This document shows positions 11,158-25,232 of a stretch of 64,000 nucleotides of DNA, one piece after another. This DNA is from Botryllus schlosseri (Eukaryota): positions 15,440,001-15,504,000 of the forward strand of contig CM119372.1 in assembly GCA_051294905.1 (NCBI GenBank), given 5' to 3'. Each line of letters starts with the position of its first letter. Positions within the stretch are counted from its first letter, which is position 1. The notes under the pieces were generated by a model. That model was not told the DNA's origin, did no database searches, and worked only from the letters and a program-made list of their open reading frames with translations. The position numbers were made by a program, and so were the translations under genes.

Positions 11158-14100
11158 ATAAAGCTACAGATGAATGTAATACTAAGGAAGACTGGGGCCT
11201 CATTATGTCAATTTGCGATAAAGTGAAGACAACGCAAGATGGGTAGGACTTTGTATGGTGATCGTGTAACTAATTAAATACAGATGATTGTATAGTAGAC
11301 TTTACTTGTTACTTTTCACGTGATATTGAGATCAGCTGAGACTAATGACACAACCATATACTTCTGGACCACAGGGCATAGGTATTATCAATGGTAACAT
11401 GACCTAATTTGAATCATTGTCATAATTGATCTACTTTGTATAAAGTAGTCAAATTGAACTGCATAGCCTTTTCATAAATGTTATGCAATATTGCATTTAT
11501 AAAAAATATAGTCTATTGGTAAAGTATTATCACATCCGAATTGATATAAATTTTGCTATGCTAATCATGCCATGACCAGGGAAGGAATATCGTCAATTGA
11601 AACCAGTGATTTTTAACCTTTTGCATATTTTTGGTTTTTGCTTTTGGTTTTATGTTGGCAAATTTAGCTACAAGGTTTGCTGCTGCAAGCATGTAAGAAT
11701 AGGTATTTTTCTAATCTTTGATATAAAATTTGTTTGGTAGGAATATTTCTTCTGAAATTTTTTTCTAATCTAGATTTTATTATTTTTTTAATCTTGAGTT
11801 TTACCTAGAATATCCAAGCATTGCGCAATCCCTAATATCCAAATGCTTCCAAGATAGTGTCTTGCCTGGTTTGACAAAGTAAGCTATCGAATTGTGCCAA
11901 AGGCCATAGTTCTGTCAATCGTGGGCATAGGCTCATAATACTTATCTTGCAACCGGTATTTCTTTACCATAATGATAATAACAATCCGAGCATCAGACCA
12001 CCACCCATCTTTCAACGTTTCCCCATGTGTGTCCATAAAATTTATTGTGATTTTCTAGGTCAAAAGAATTTTGTAAAGCAATCACACGGAAAATTACACA
12101 GAAGAATCCTCACGTCTCCCTACAAGCGTTAACGGTGTTGGACTCGTGCGTGAACAACTGCGGACTTGATTTCAAAAAAGAGGTCGCATCCCAGGTACGT
12201 GTGGTTTTTAACGTCCACCGTGTCCGAGATATCGACGCGGGTTATGCCATTCTGCAACTTGATTTTCCAGGAATTCATCAGTCAGATGCGAGCAATAATG
12301 GGAAATCCCCCACATCCAAAAGTACAGCAACACTTGAAGATGCTCATCAGGCAATGGGCTGAAGATTTCAAGGATGATCCACAACTCAGGTGAGAATTAT
12401 TTTTATCCAGGACTGTAAATGTCGGTGAATCAAGCAACTCGTATGTAATGATCTCTTCATTGCTGGTCTTGGCCGGATTTTTCAGTCGCTAGACATCATA
12501 TATATATATATAAACTGGTACCATCCTGATCAGTTGTAGATATGTCAATGCACACATTTTGTCAGTTCGTAAAATTTCCACACCTGTCAATAGTGGTATA
12601 GACAATATCCGAACTCTGAGGTTCTCAGCCTTTTTTTCTTCACGGACCCCTCTACGGTTTTAGTTGAAATTTTGCTAAATTCTTGTTCAACTGTCATCTG
12701 AATTTTACCAATACTAACTGCAGGCTGGTGATAAACCGCGAAAAATGACTTTTTCTGAAAATAATATACCATTTATGTAGAAATTAGGAAGACTTTTAGT
12801 ATTTCTAAGCCAATTCTGTAGCTGCATTTCTCGATGTACACGATCATGTCTTGGTTGCCGCTACGTCGAATTGGTAATTTTTTCAGTTGACCGCTTCTTC
12901 GCGCCCCCCTTCATATGCTTTCACACCCCCCAGGTTGGGAACCACTGATCTAGCAGCTCAATGTTGGAATTATTCTTGAATAGCGGTTATGTATATCAGA
13001 GGAGAAATGGATTTCTGCAAACAATTTTTCCCAAAACCCCAACAAAACATCTCTAAACAGCAATATGTTTGTATTAGTTGGCTATTGGCAATTTTGCAAT
13101 TGAAATGAGTTTGTACAGTAGAATATTTCATCCCGAATCGCGATTTTGTTCATTTGAATCCAGATGTTTTAGCAGTAATGAAGCAAAACCGTCTCGTGAT
13201 TTTTCTAATTAAATAAATCCTAGTCTATCAACCATTTTCCAAATTTGGAGGTTTCGCGGACCCCTTAAAATGCTTTGCGGGCCCCCCGGTTGAGAACCAC
13301 TGTCCTAGCTTTTATCGATATTACTACTGACTTTTGACTGTCTCAAGTTGCCTACTGCACTTATTTTTTGCCTGTTATAATGTTGAACTTGAATATAGGC
13401 TACAATTGAATCATTTTCGTCTGACACTCGTCGGGTAATCGTCAGGTTCTACTAGTGACGAAAATATTCAGGTTTATTTCAATATGGGTTATTCAATTAT
13501 AGTAGGCCTATATAATAATATATTGAAGTTCTGTACCTCCAAGAGTCTGTTGAGCTTGAATATTATGGCTTTCCCAAAATTTGTGATTTGACAGGCTGAC
13601 AGCTTGATATTGATGGTAGGCTACTAACCTTAGTATTTTGGCATATCTTCATGCTCGCCTTGTTAATTTCACAGTTCAGAATTAGTCTATCAATTGACTT
13701 GAACAGGATTTAGTAACTGCTGATAGTTGGGTTTGGTTTTAACATATTTGTCCAAACACAATGTCTAAGACCAATTCGATGACAGCAGATGTCCTTAATT
13801 GGCGACAACATTGAAATTTCGAACTGGCACAATGACGGACATGGAATCGCATCGGTATACTGCTGGCTTTAAAAAAAATTTCATACAATGCTGTGATTTT
13901 TCAGTAAATTGACATCATTTTATCACTTCATGAGAAGTGAGGGTGTCGAATTTCCAACTCCGGAAGAAGTCAATCCGAAAAAGTCGGCTGCACCAGTCAG
14001 CAAAGATCCTAATGTCGTATCCAGCCAACAAGAAGCCGATGATATTGCCAAAGGTTTGATTATGTAGTTCCAGTTATCCAGTATATTGTCTAAAGTTGCA

Positions 14101-17100
14101 AGTTGTCGTCCACTGGGTCGGCAAGTTCTTGCTTTCTGCTCGATTATGTTCTATGAATAGCTCTCTATAGCCCTTTTATGTATTCCGCATTAACATGACC
14201 TGACACATCTCATTGAGATTAAGGGTAGGCCTACATTGACTCTGGTCATGAATTTTTTAGAATGTGTACAACAAAATTGTTATTCTGTTACTGAAGCTTG
14301 CTGATAGCCTCAAGAATACGCACACAGCTCACTGGAATGTTGATAACGGATTTGCTGGGCCTTTGCACGATCTCACCAAATAAAATCATGTTATACATAG
14401 TATGTTATTTAACTCCCTAATCACTGTGTGTTATTTGATGAAGATTGTAAATCATGATTGGTTTAGTTATGTGATAATAAACCCACAAGGTGCTACTAGG
14501 CAATTCGTCTCCAGATGGACCATGCTTCCTTTGCATTGATGATATACTGTTCAAAGTAGCCCGTTGATTACAATAATCAGATGTGGTAGCCGGTACGTAC
14601 CTCATAGGCAATCTTGGAGGAGGAAGAATGTCATTTCCCCTATTTCGAAGCATTCTGTGTCTTGACTGGTATCCTGTATTATATAACTCATGCGGCACAA
14701 ATTCACGATTTAAATTGATCGCAGTGGTAAGCTATGACTTGTCCGAAGAAGCTTGCTCATAGTCGGTATTTGCGTAAGCTGCCTGTGAAAGATGCTTCTC
14801 TCTGCGTGATTCCCTGTCACACAAATGGCATCGGTAGGGCCATGCTTTGAATTATTGAGGCTAACTGTGGCTCGGTCAGGATATTTTCCTGAACTCATCC
14901 AGTTGCCGATCAATTTCATCAAGTGTCAGTGGATATTGGAGATCGCATCAAGTTAAAATGCCTCAAATGGATTATGTTGGTTCTATATCCAAATTTGAAG
15001 CGGGTGGTACACTTTGTTCATCAATACCGCCAAGGCTTTAGAAGTTGTAGGTTTGGGTCTCGGTCTAGCACATTCTAGGTGTCGGCGGTTTATTTGGACA
15101 TCTCCCTACGTCCCTGCTCATAGGCGTTTTTACAAAAAAGTCCAGAAAAAGACGCGATACGGATAAGTGCAATGGCAGAGAATGACAAAACGAGGAAGCG
15201 TCCAAAGACATGAATGTTTTCAAATGTCACAATAATGTTGGGCAGTACATCGATGCTAGATATACATTATACAAGTAGGCCATAAGGGGGATGTGGGTGT
15301 TAGATTGATAGACGGTACTCGGTTGTTTCAACACCCTCACATGTTCATTGCATTATCTGTTCTTGTGCGGATGAGATGAATAGAATAGAACCTCATTTTG
15401 TATTGTTATATATAGTTGCCGAGTGCTGACTATTACCCCTGACGAGTATCGGCCGAAAATATTCTGGTTCATTTCAATGCGAATATAATATGCAATTGTA
15501 TATTGAAGCTCTGTCTCTCGAAGAAGCTATTGTCATTTGATGATATTCTTACACTAAATCTCGTAACCACCACAAAGAGTAGGTTATTTTTTCAAAGCAC
15601 TATATATATCAGTAATGACCTCACTGTCTTTGGTGGTCTTTATACTGGACTTACCTAGCTATGTATACAAAGCAGTCAATATCCTTGTCACTGACAATCA
15701 CCTGTGTCTGGGGCATCTGGAAATGGCTGCTAGAATAATGTGAAGATCTTACCCGGCTGCGTAGAATACATGTCTGTGTTGCTGTTTAAATGTTCACCAC
15801 AGAGTTGGTATACTTCTTTTATCTTGATCTACTTGTAGACCACAACTACAGACTACTATTTGACCACAACTAAGATCTTTTTCACAAGGTGTTTCTTTGC
15901 AAGTCACTATCATGGGGTATGCGTCACAGAAACCCCCGCAAATCGGCTTCAAGATCGAATTTGCTAGTACTATGAGCAGTTGCGGGCCAGTAATACAATA
16001 TGCTGTCGATGCCACTTACCGGTTCTTTTTGTTGATCTGTCTTTCCAGAATGAAAAGAGAGGGAACTTGTATGAAAACGGCTTGCAAATGAAACCTTAAT
16101 GGAATGTTTTTTAGATGTAGGCCTAGTTGCCCACATCATGATTGCCTTCTTCACATATAGGCCTACTTACTTTTGAAACATGGAATGCATTCAGCATTGT
16201 CGTCTTAAGGCAGGGTTCATGAACCCTTCTAGAAACTCCTACCTTATAAAATTACCCATGATCCCTCACGGTCCAGGTCACAGAAACAGATTTATATGAT
16301 ATTTAATGTGCAAAGGGGATCCCCAAAATATAACTGATTAACAATGAACACGAAAAGATAAGCTTGAAAAAACAGAATGACATCACCTGTTTGCAGTGTG
16401 CACCGCAATGTTATTATGACCTACTTATGAAGCAAATACTATGACTGCTATAAACACTTTGAACAATGTTTTGACGGAAATTTTTATAAATCAATGTTCA
16501 TCATCTTTTCGTGATCAAACTGCTGTTATTGGTATGATCGGTATATTTGTGAACATTGCGGCCTCTGCTGCTACTGTCACAGAGGATGTTCAATATATGC
16601 TTGTGGATTGTTGTGAAGTTTTTAAAATTAGTTCATAACTACTGAATACTGATGCTTTCATGGTTGAAATCTATAGCTATCGAAATGTCGCTGAAAGAAG
16701 ACAAACAAAAGAAATCTACTTCAAGCGGTATCACGAACTCCGGTGGAACAGGAAGTAGTTTGTATCCGACCGTGCTAGACAGTTCTGCCGCAACGTCGGG
16801 CAATTCTTCAACATCTGTTTCAGGTGCGATTGATTGTATTGCTTGATTTAGCAACATATGCTATTTGAAAATGTTTTCTTCTCTTACCCAACTTATTGCT
16901 TGAATTTATGTTTGATGACTATGTCCGAGTAGGAAGTGGTTCCAATGTATGAAGTCACTGGCCTCTTACTCCTGAACAAGTTAACACTAGGCTACCGATA
17001 AAATAACTTTTCAAAACCTTGAACAGTCAGCAAGATTCACACTTAAATATTTATTAGGAAAAAGTCAAAAACTGACCTCAATGCAATTAGAAATCATTAT

Positions 17101-20100
17101 ATGTGAGGTTTAGGGAAATGAAATATGCACCATTTTTCTCTCTTGACTGTTTCATCGGTTCGGTACTCTGAACTGTCGAGTGTTGATCACTAGTTTGGTG
17201 GTCAAACAGAAAAACAAAGAGCCGTTAGCTAGTCATTTTTAGTGAGAATCTGTTGAAAGTTGACTTGCCTACCTGATTTACATTCTCTAATAAATCCGAA
17301 CTGATGGTATGCAATGCCGAATTCAATCTTTCACAATATTGACGGAAGGCAAAATTTCTCGACAGTTGATATTGAAATATGTTGTTTTGGGCACTGTATT
17401 TTAGAAGAACCTTTCAATGCATAGCGTCGAGCAGTTGTCCCTGTGTAATAAGACTACACAAAGAATCGCACTCACCGAGCAGCTCTCCATGCCGTTGTTT
17501 ACACAGACTTATCTATTATTGAAACCGGCTGAATGGTGTGTACAGGCTGCAATTCGCTTTGAATATGAACAAAGCACACCGTTCGCATGTGTCACGTCTA
17601 TATGCTATTGCGAGTCATTGATGTTTTTAGTTTATGCCTGTGGTGCGCAATGTTTATATTTACATGGAGGACGTGATATTATTGAACAACAAGTGTTATT
17701 GAATTGGCATTGGTCTTTTTGTGTTTGTTATGGATGACGGCAATCACAAAGTAGCCTAACATCTTAGTTTATAACAGTCAAGAAGCGAGGGTTAATAAAT
17801 TTGTGCGAACTGATACTCTAAATCCTTGAAGCGTAGCAGGCATCTTTCCCTCATGATCACTTTCGGATAAACCTTTGTTATTTTAGGTAACAGATTATGC
17901 TTCCTAATCTGAGATAAATTGCACATTTTCTTCAAATATTTGAATACGGTATTTGACTGGCGGTACTCGGCTTGAATATTGCTTTCAGGGCTACCTTCAT
18001 TGCAGTAGAATTACTTTTCGTGTGCCCCTTGTCAGGAGTTAAAATCACAATAAGAATCATATACAAAGAGATCTCTACTGCAATGAACTTAGTCCTGAAA
18101 GCAATATTTGAGTTTAGTACTGCCTGTCACCTTCGGTGACCGAATGTGCGGAAACTCACTCATCGGACTCTTTCGTTTCTGATGCGAATTCGGCTTTCTA
18201 GGCTCATCGAATATCTCAAAAAGGACAGTCAAGGCCTTGTACGATTTCGAAGCAGCGGAAGACAACGAAGTGACTTTCAAAGCCGGCGACCTGATTTCGA
18301 TTCTTGACGACAGGTTAGCTTCCAACGCTTATATAAGACTATGTGCCGTAGCGCGAATTCTTATCCTTCTTACAGCGATGCCAATTGGTGGAAAGGACAA
18401 AACGGTAGCGACATCGGGTTGTTTCCCGCAAATTTTGTGACCAGCGATCTCGCGGTGGAGCCCGAACCTGAATTCGGAAAGGGGAAAGCGGATGATGAAG
18501 AAGGTGGGTTGGGTGCTTACCACGGCGTTTTATTTCCCCTGTGGACCGAATACCGATTTCGTTGTGTTTACATAATACATCGATAGCTTTTATCAACTGA
18601 AAAGCACGCAGCATCCAGCTTTGGGCTGATTCGCATCACTTTTCTATGAGTGCATTCGTCTTTACCGGTATTACTGAGCAATATGTTTATATCTATATGT
18701 GACATGGCGCTGCGCTTCATCGCAAACTACATAGAAGCTGCTCGAATAGACTTCTCACTGGCTTTTTGCACCAATAATTGGAAGTAGCTCCGACCTGCCT
18801 TGTATACCACTACTCAATCAACAGTAATAGGTCTTTAGTGCTTTGTATTAGTATCCTCTTTAGCCTTTTAACCTTAAACATGGGGACCCCTCCCTGCTAG
18901 ATTTGGTATCGACTTATGCAGCTTTGCCGGGAAGATGCTATCAAAGTATACTGTGTACAAGCCAATTTTTTATTTACTGAATTCTATGGCGTACGCTTGC
19001 CGATTCATTATGCTCAATCTTGCCCTGTTTTGAGAGTGTCTTTCATCATTAAACGGCTGTTTGATCGTGGTTTATCTTTTCAGAACGGGGGGTGACGTTT
19101 AACGAGGATGTCGAAGTGAGAGAAATCGACGCGATGGAACCGGTGTTGGAGATTGACGAGGTACCGATTGTGTTTTGCCGGAGCCTGTTTTAAGCAAAGG
19201 TCATATTTGCCGGACTTGTTGTCAGAATCTCATGGACGAAACCCTGATGGAGTTACAAAATACGGACCCGGAAACCGGAGTCGCGGACGGCCAAGAGCTG
19301 ATCAACAAGGAAGGTGAGTCTTGCTTGGGCATGCTCACCAGTTCTGCAAGTGTTAAGTTATTCCATCACGTACATCGCCCTTTGCGTCGTCGATTTCTTA
19401 GGACTGAGAAGACACGGAGAATTGAATTAGCAATATTTTTGAATTTTTTTATATGAAATATCGACCGATGTTGATAACCGGCAATTTTCCAAATATCGGC
19501 CTCGATGATCGGCCGTGTCGATAATCGTTCGACCTCTAGTAGAAAGTAGTTTCGGGGTATGTTTCCATCACTTCGCTTATATAAGTGAAAATATCATAGC
19601 AACTCAGTGAAATCACTCCAAATGAACATATTTTCAAAAATTTCACCTATTTGTAGTGTAATTAGTCATTTTGCGTTAGTTGCGTAGATGTCGTACACTA
19701 CCCTGCAATTTCGAAATGAAGCCCGCCTCCGATTTTCAGCTAAAAGTACATGATTCTCTGCGCAATCTACTTTTTAACACCGCCAAACACGGGCACCTTA
19801 CCGGCCTTTTCTACCTTCACTTAGAATAGCTTTGAAATGTCCTGGAAATGGCTACTTCTACTTGTAATCGAGTAGGAATTTACGGCGTTACTTTTACATC
19901 TACTTGAGTAGCAACGCTCAATACTTTGACCACCTCCGATATACTCTCGTCTCCTCGCAGAGTCTTGCACGCAAATGGGTCCGTTAATCGATCAAAAACT
20001 GGAAGAAATCGACCGGAAACACTTGGAGCTGACGCAATTGAACGAGAAAATCAAAGAAGCGCTCAACATGTATGACAAGTGAGTACATCGGTTATTTTCT

Positions 20101-23100
20101 TTGCGATGTCATGTCAGCTTATGTGACTGAGAATAGGAATCGAACTCTACATTGTGTTACTGTTACTCGTCTTCATTTAGTGACAGCCTTCGTAGCTCGG
20201 CGGTCACGCCTCCAGTCTCAACAAACCAAAGTCTCCGGTTTGCCACCATGGATTTTGGGGGCTAATGAAACCACTTTGTTCTAGGTTTCTATGACGTATT
20301 TCCATGTTAGCCGTTCTATGGTGCAACTATTCCCCACTGGAGCTATAGATTTGATGATGCCTTGATCCCTTCGCTACAGCATGGTTTTGCATTAGAATTT
20401 ACCTTCGTCTATTTTGTACGAACCGAATAAATACCGGTAATTATCTCTCTCTCCCCTGTTTATCGAACTAGGATTAACCCGATTGTATTGTTAATTGGAT
20501 TTGTTTCGTTTAACCGATTGGCGCCGGCTGCAATTTTCGAAAAATTTTACTTCAATTTTCAAAATCGAAAAACTGTACCTTAATGGGATTCGAACACCTT
20601 GAACAAGGTGTCGTTGGATTCAGAACTTCAACGCGGATCCGATTGCGCCACTCAAATCATTTCGAGCACTGTGTCTGGCCACTTATATCGAGAGCAAGCC
20701 GAGAATTCGTTGATGAGAAACGTATTACATTTACTGTACTGCTTATAAACCTTAACATGGATATCTGGTGACATAGGCTTCTTGTGAATCATATCGGCGA
20801 GGAAATCATGATCTTGGAGATGGCTCAGTCGATCTAATACGCCCTAATATCGCCATTATCCAATAGATACAGTTCTGAGGGTTTGCACAATAAACACGCG
20901 CCAGACCGCAGAGTGAATGAGTCATCGGCGAGTGAGCGAGTGACGCGCGTGTATTTATTAGGTAGCGTAGCCTTCCAGGGCATTTACAAAGCTTATAGAG
21001 CACGTAAATGGGTCACTTTAGTATTGATAAACGGATATTGTCAAGACCTAACCATAAGGACAAACCACAAACGCATATCTTACTACAACGTAAGGTTTAT
21101 GACGTTAGTTGGTAGCACTTCATACAAACATGATACACAAGTTTGCGGGGAATACACAGCGTGTAGAATTGGTCTTGTTGCGATATATACATCACTATTA
21201 GCTGTTAGTCTGATGTATAGATATAATGTTATGGGCATGTACTCTCCACAGATACAATCTAAGAATGTCTACTACCGATAAAATTCAGGATATAACACAT
21301 TATGTTACGGATATTCGTCCCTGCGTTTGACACTAGTGTGGTAGTCTGCAGGAATTCTCTTCACGATTTTTAGAAGCGGCCTTGGGGTGACATAGGCATA
21401 ACTAATGTTGTTTATTTTAGCCTTGAAGGTGGAGATTGGCTAGTTCTATTGAAAGAGACAATCCGTAAATGCCTTTCATTACTACAACGAAAGATATATA
21501 TCGTTACACGACAGCTCTTTGTATATCCAGATGAACACTTTTGCGTAGGTATATGCGCTGAGTAATATTGTATTTAGCCCGAATTATACTTGACTATAAG
21601 ACATTATTTAGAATCGTATAGGCAACAACTATTCACAGACACAATCTATGAAGGTATATCACTATTAGAACTCGATACATATCCCGTTATGTGACCAGTA
21701 TTCATCCATCTGCTTGAAGCTGGTACGGTAGGCTGCGAGAATTCTCTTCCCGGTTTTCAAATGCAACCTTGAGCGATGCAGACATAACTAGTATCGTTGT
21801 TTTAGCAAGAAAATCAGAAGCTGACAAGCACTATTCATAGAAACAAACTACAACAACTGGCTATGACGAATAAAACCAAATATACGACAGGGTATATGAC
21901 GGGTATCGGGAACGCACGTTTCCGCGAAATGATGCGGTCGGCGGATATCTTTGTCACGCGCCTATCACATAGATTTTGAACACCTTATATGTAACTAATA
22001 TCAGATACGAAGATATGTGTGAACTTGTATGGACACTAGCTTTTCACAGAAAGAAACAACTATGCTCTAAGACGGCTAGAACAAAACATACAGTACGTTA
22101 TGTGAGAGTGGTCAATGACGCGCGCGTTGCCGAAAGAGTGTATTTTGCAACATATTTATCTACGGTATTTGATATCCGATTTCGACGTCTTAGATATAAT
22201 ATATATCAAATATTATGGTATCAATGAACTTGCACAAACAATATCTATCCGTAGAAATAAACAGCAACGACCAAGCACGATTAGAACGGGATATATAGTG
22301 GTTCTGATACAGTACTCTTCCCTCTAACGGCAATGGGTAAAAATACCCACGCCGGCGCCAAACGGTTAAAGGAAACTACCGCCTATTCGACACCGATTTT
22401 TTATCATGTTTTTTCGCTGTCTAGCTTAGTGCAACACTGAAACTTCTAGTTCTACCCTGAAATGAAAGTAACTCTGGAAATACCGTCTCATCATTTCGCA
22501 GATTGATGAACGAGATGCCAGCGTATAACCCAACTCTACCTACGCCGTATATGAAACAGCCAGGATCTATGCCGGGTATGAGCCCTTATCACCCACAAGG
22601 CGTACCGGCATCCACTTATTCCACCATGTACTCTCACCCGCACATGCAGCAGGTCAACGATCTCGATATGTAGTTTGTCGGTCAAAGCTGCTAACACTTT
22701 CGATATCTTCCACAGATGGGTGCGACGTATGTGAGCAGCGGTACGCATTTATCAGGTGCCGTGCCCAATATGTATCAACAGGTAGGTTTACGATGCGACA
22801 CAAACTACCAGTCATGGAGCTTATGTACTCTTGCATTCAGAACCCGACCGCACAGATGCAAGCGCAGTATCAAGCCACCAACGGGATGGTAGCACCTAAT
22901 CACGGTTTGTTGCATATTTCAATACTACAAATGCAATTTGTTTTTAAATATCTATATCAAGGTCCTCCTATTGTCTGTAATTTTTTATCGGCAATGCGAT
23001 AAGAACCTTTATACAATGCTTTAAGATAAAGTTTTGCGTTATCATATATCCACACTTCGGTAAAGTTCTAGCTTTTGCAACTCAAGCTTACTTTGTGCGT

Positions 23101-25232
23101 AAGAGATCAATATTGTAAGATGAATTGTTGGGATGGACTGATTCAAAATGTTCTCTAAACTTTGAGGGCTTTATGCTTCCATTGACAAGAACCTTCCTAC
23201 ATAGAAAGCACCATGTCTTTTGTATACCGTTACTGTGAGTAGGGATGAAAGTAAAATCAAAGGAAATACATCGTTTGTTGTCCTTCCTATTCTTCGGCAT
23301 TTCATGATATGGAAGGAAAAGTTAATTAGATAAACAAAAAGTTTATTGACCTTGGAATAAAAACCACATTGGCCCTTCATGGACCTTTAAAACTAAGTCT
23401 TCTGAACCCAGCTTACGAATCCTTGTTATAAGAGATCAAAATGTGTTTGTTATAGTAATTGTGTAGTCTGCTGGTATATCCCCACTAGATTGAATGCATG
23501 ATAACAGACAAAAGCAATTTATGTGTGCAGCAATGTGTTTGAAGGTCTAAATTTTACTGTCTTCTGATGCTAAAAATGCCAGTAACTTCATAATGACATT
23601 TTGTAACCCCTTGCGTGACTTAAACATGTGTGGAAGAGGTGCTCATATTGAATATTCTTTTACAGCACCCCAACAACTTGGACAGCTGCCAAGTGGCCAC
23701 CAATCCGCCCCTGGGTAAGTACGGGTTTAGATGATTGCAGTCTTGCGATGTTAACCTAACTTTTGGGCAGATCCAAGGATGAGGGGAATGATACGTATGT
23801 ACAGCATGGCTATGATAGCGCACATAGCAGCCAATCAATATATCATCCGCATACCGAAAATTCTTCAGAATTGATATAATTATTGCAATATTGATGTGGT
23901 GATACAGTGATTTTTACCAGTTACGTTTCTCACAAACCTATCACCGTGTGCAGGCAGAAAATAATCAGGCAGTAAATTATCAACCTGTTGGAGATCTGTC
24001 TTTGTAATTTAGGACAGGACTAATTGTCATGATTCACTGATCACCGGTATGTTGGGTTTGATTACAAATCAATTTGGAAAATATGATTCTTTTTTATATT
24101 CTGACAAAAAGACAGAAACTCCTTTTTGGATCGAAGTCCTGTAGTGTGGAATAACTGAAAACTTTCAATATGTCTTTCCCTCAATACTTTAGAGCAGCGG
24201 TTCTCAAACTTTTTTCGACACACCCCCTTCATGACAGTCAATAATTTCGCGCCCCCCTTATTGTGATATCAAAAATAATAAAGAGAGCAATCAGTAGTCC
24301 AGGAATCGCAACGGATAGTTTGATTGCATTGAAGGCCATGCCATGACTGTTGATGAGAGAATTCTGAAAGACGAAATTCGGACAATACACAGCACTAACC
24401 ATTAAATGAGAAAAATTTTTAAGTCAACTGTGGTTTCGCGCCCCACAGTTTGAGAACCACTGCTTTAGAGTCTGAATTTACCGTAAGAGTATTAGCCATC
24501 GTTCCTGGTTCTGTCTGAAGTATTTCAGAGAAAGCCATCGAGATTTCCTACCAATTTATGGGCAGCATCTTGATTGAAACTACAGATTGATATGAAATGA
24601 ATTTGACAGTTGCCGTGGCTCAGTGGTTAGATCACTGGAAAAGCAATCTGCAAGCCAAATCTGTTGAGGTTCTAATCACATTGGCGGCCATTTCTGTAAT
24701 ACCTAGCATCTAACGAGCAAAATCCATCCGAGTGCAATGGGTAGGATAGCAACAAGAGAGCCATCTGGCGTAAAACTCTTTCCAAACTATAACACGAATC
24801 ACTTATCGGCTGTGGTTTGCACCCTGTCTGTCCAACATGGGAAAAGCTGAATGACAAAGAAAATCTATGTAAAGTGGATCATAAATGCTTTTTAACGGTC
24901 CAAACTGCCTCCTTGTGTCATAATCACGTGGAAAAGGCAACTCATCGATATCTTGTGTTTTAGGCAATACCCTCAGCAAGTTTATAGCGATACCGCTCTC
25001 CGAAATCAAGCCACGTATTCTCATCAGGTGAGAACCGCAGACTGGCTGCGCCATCACGCAACTGTGTCTTTTTTTGTCCATTTTGATCGGTTTTCAGCAA
25101 TTTCTGATCACGTCTTTTTCACAGTCCAACGTAGCACAGCAGCAGTATGCGAGCTCCGCCTATGCCCAAAGCGGACAACTGCATGCTCCGGGACAACAAT
25201 TTAATCCCGCCGCAACGCAGCCTCTTATGTGA
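11158..25232 (+). CDS. STAM: Signal transducing adapter molecule (ESCRT-0; VHS-UIM-SH3-GAT/coiled coil-Pro/Gln/Tyr-rich tail), first coding exon not located
   Basis: Exons 11158-11242, 12059-12194, 12271-12389, 13905-14053, 16677-16823, 18202-18313, 18376-18503, 19084-19160, 19226-19313, 19961-20078, 22502-22652, 22716-22781, 22841-22904, 23666-23714, 24964-25027, 25125-25232; all GT-AG and in frame. Motifs: [22 protein letters not shown] (VHS), [16 protein letters not shown] (UIM), [35 protein letters not shown] (SH3), [17 protein letters not shown], and terminal QPLM*. Confidence 0.95.
14800..15000 (-). mobile_element. Possible decayed CR1-like LINE 3' fragment in a STAM intron
   Basis: Minus-strand [19 protein letters not shown] loosely resembles the CR1-type RT tail (RLFN..LDxFLxxIPD). 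It is frameshifted and the match is weak. Confidence 0.3.
20514..22365. mobile_element. piggyBac-like non-autonomous element in a STAM intron
   Basis: 15-bp TIRs CCG(A/T)TTGGCGCCGGC with TTAA on both sides (20510-20513, 22366-22369). No transposase ORF recognised. A diverged internal direct duplication lies at ~21245-21500 and ~21635-21870. Confidence 0.8.
23040..23425 (-). pseudogene. hAT Buster/Charlie transposase 5' relic (BED zinc finger)
   Basis: [46 protein letters not shown] matches the ZBED5/ZBED8-type BED finger pattern; stops follow. Confidence 0.8.
24195..24462 (+). mobile_element. hAT MITE, ~300-bp family
   Basis: CAGCGGTTCTCAAACT...AGTTTGAGAACCACTG with a perfect 8-bp TSD CTTTAGAG. 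Confidence 0.9.
24612..24830 (+). mobile_element. tRNA-derived SINE, decayed
   Basis: A-box-like TGGCTCAGTGG and degenerate B-box GGTTCTAATC with tRNA-like spacing. The 3' boundary is uncertain. Confidence 0.45.
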
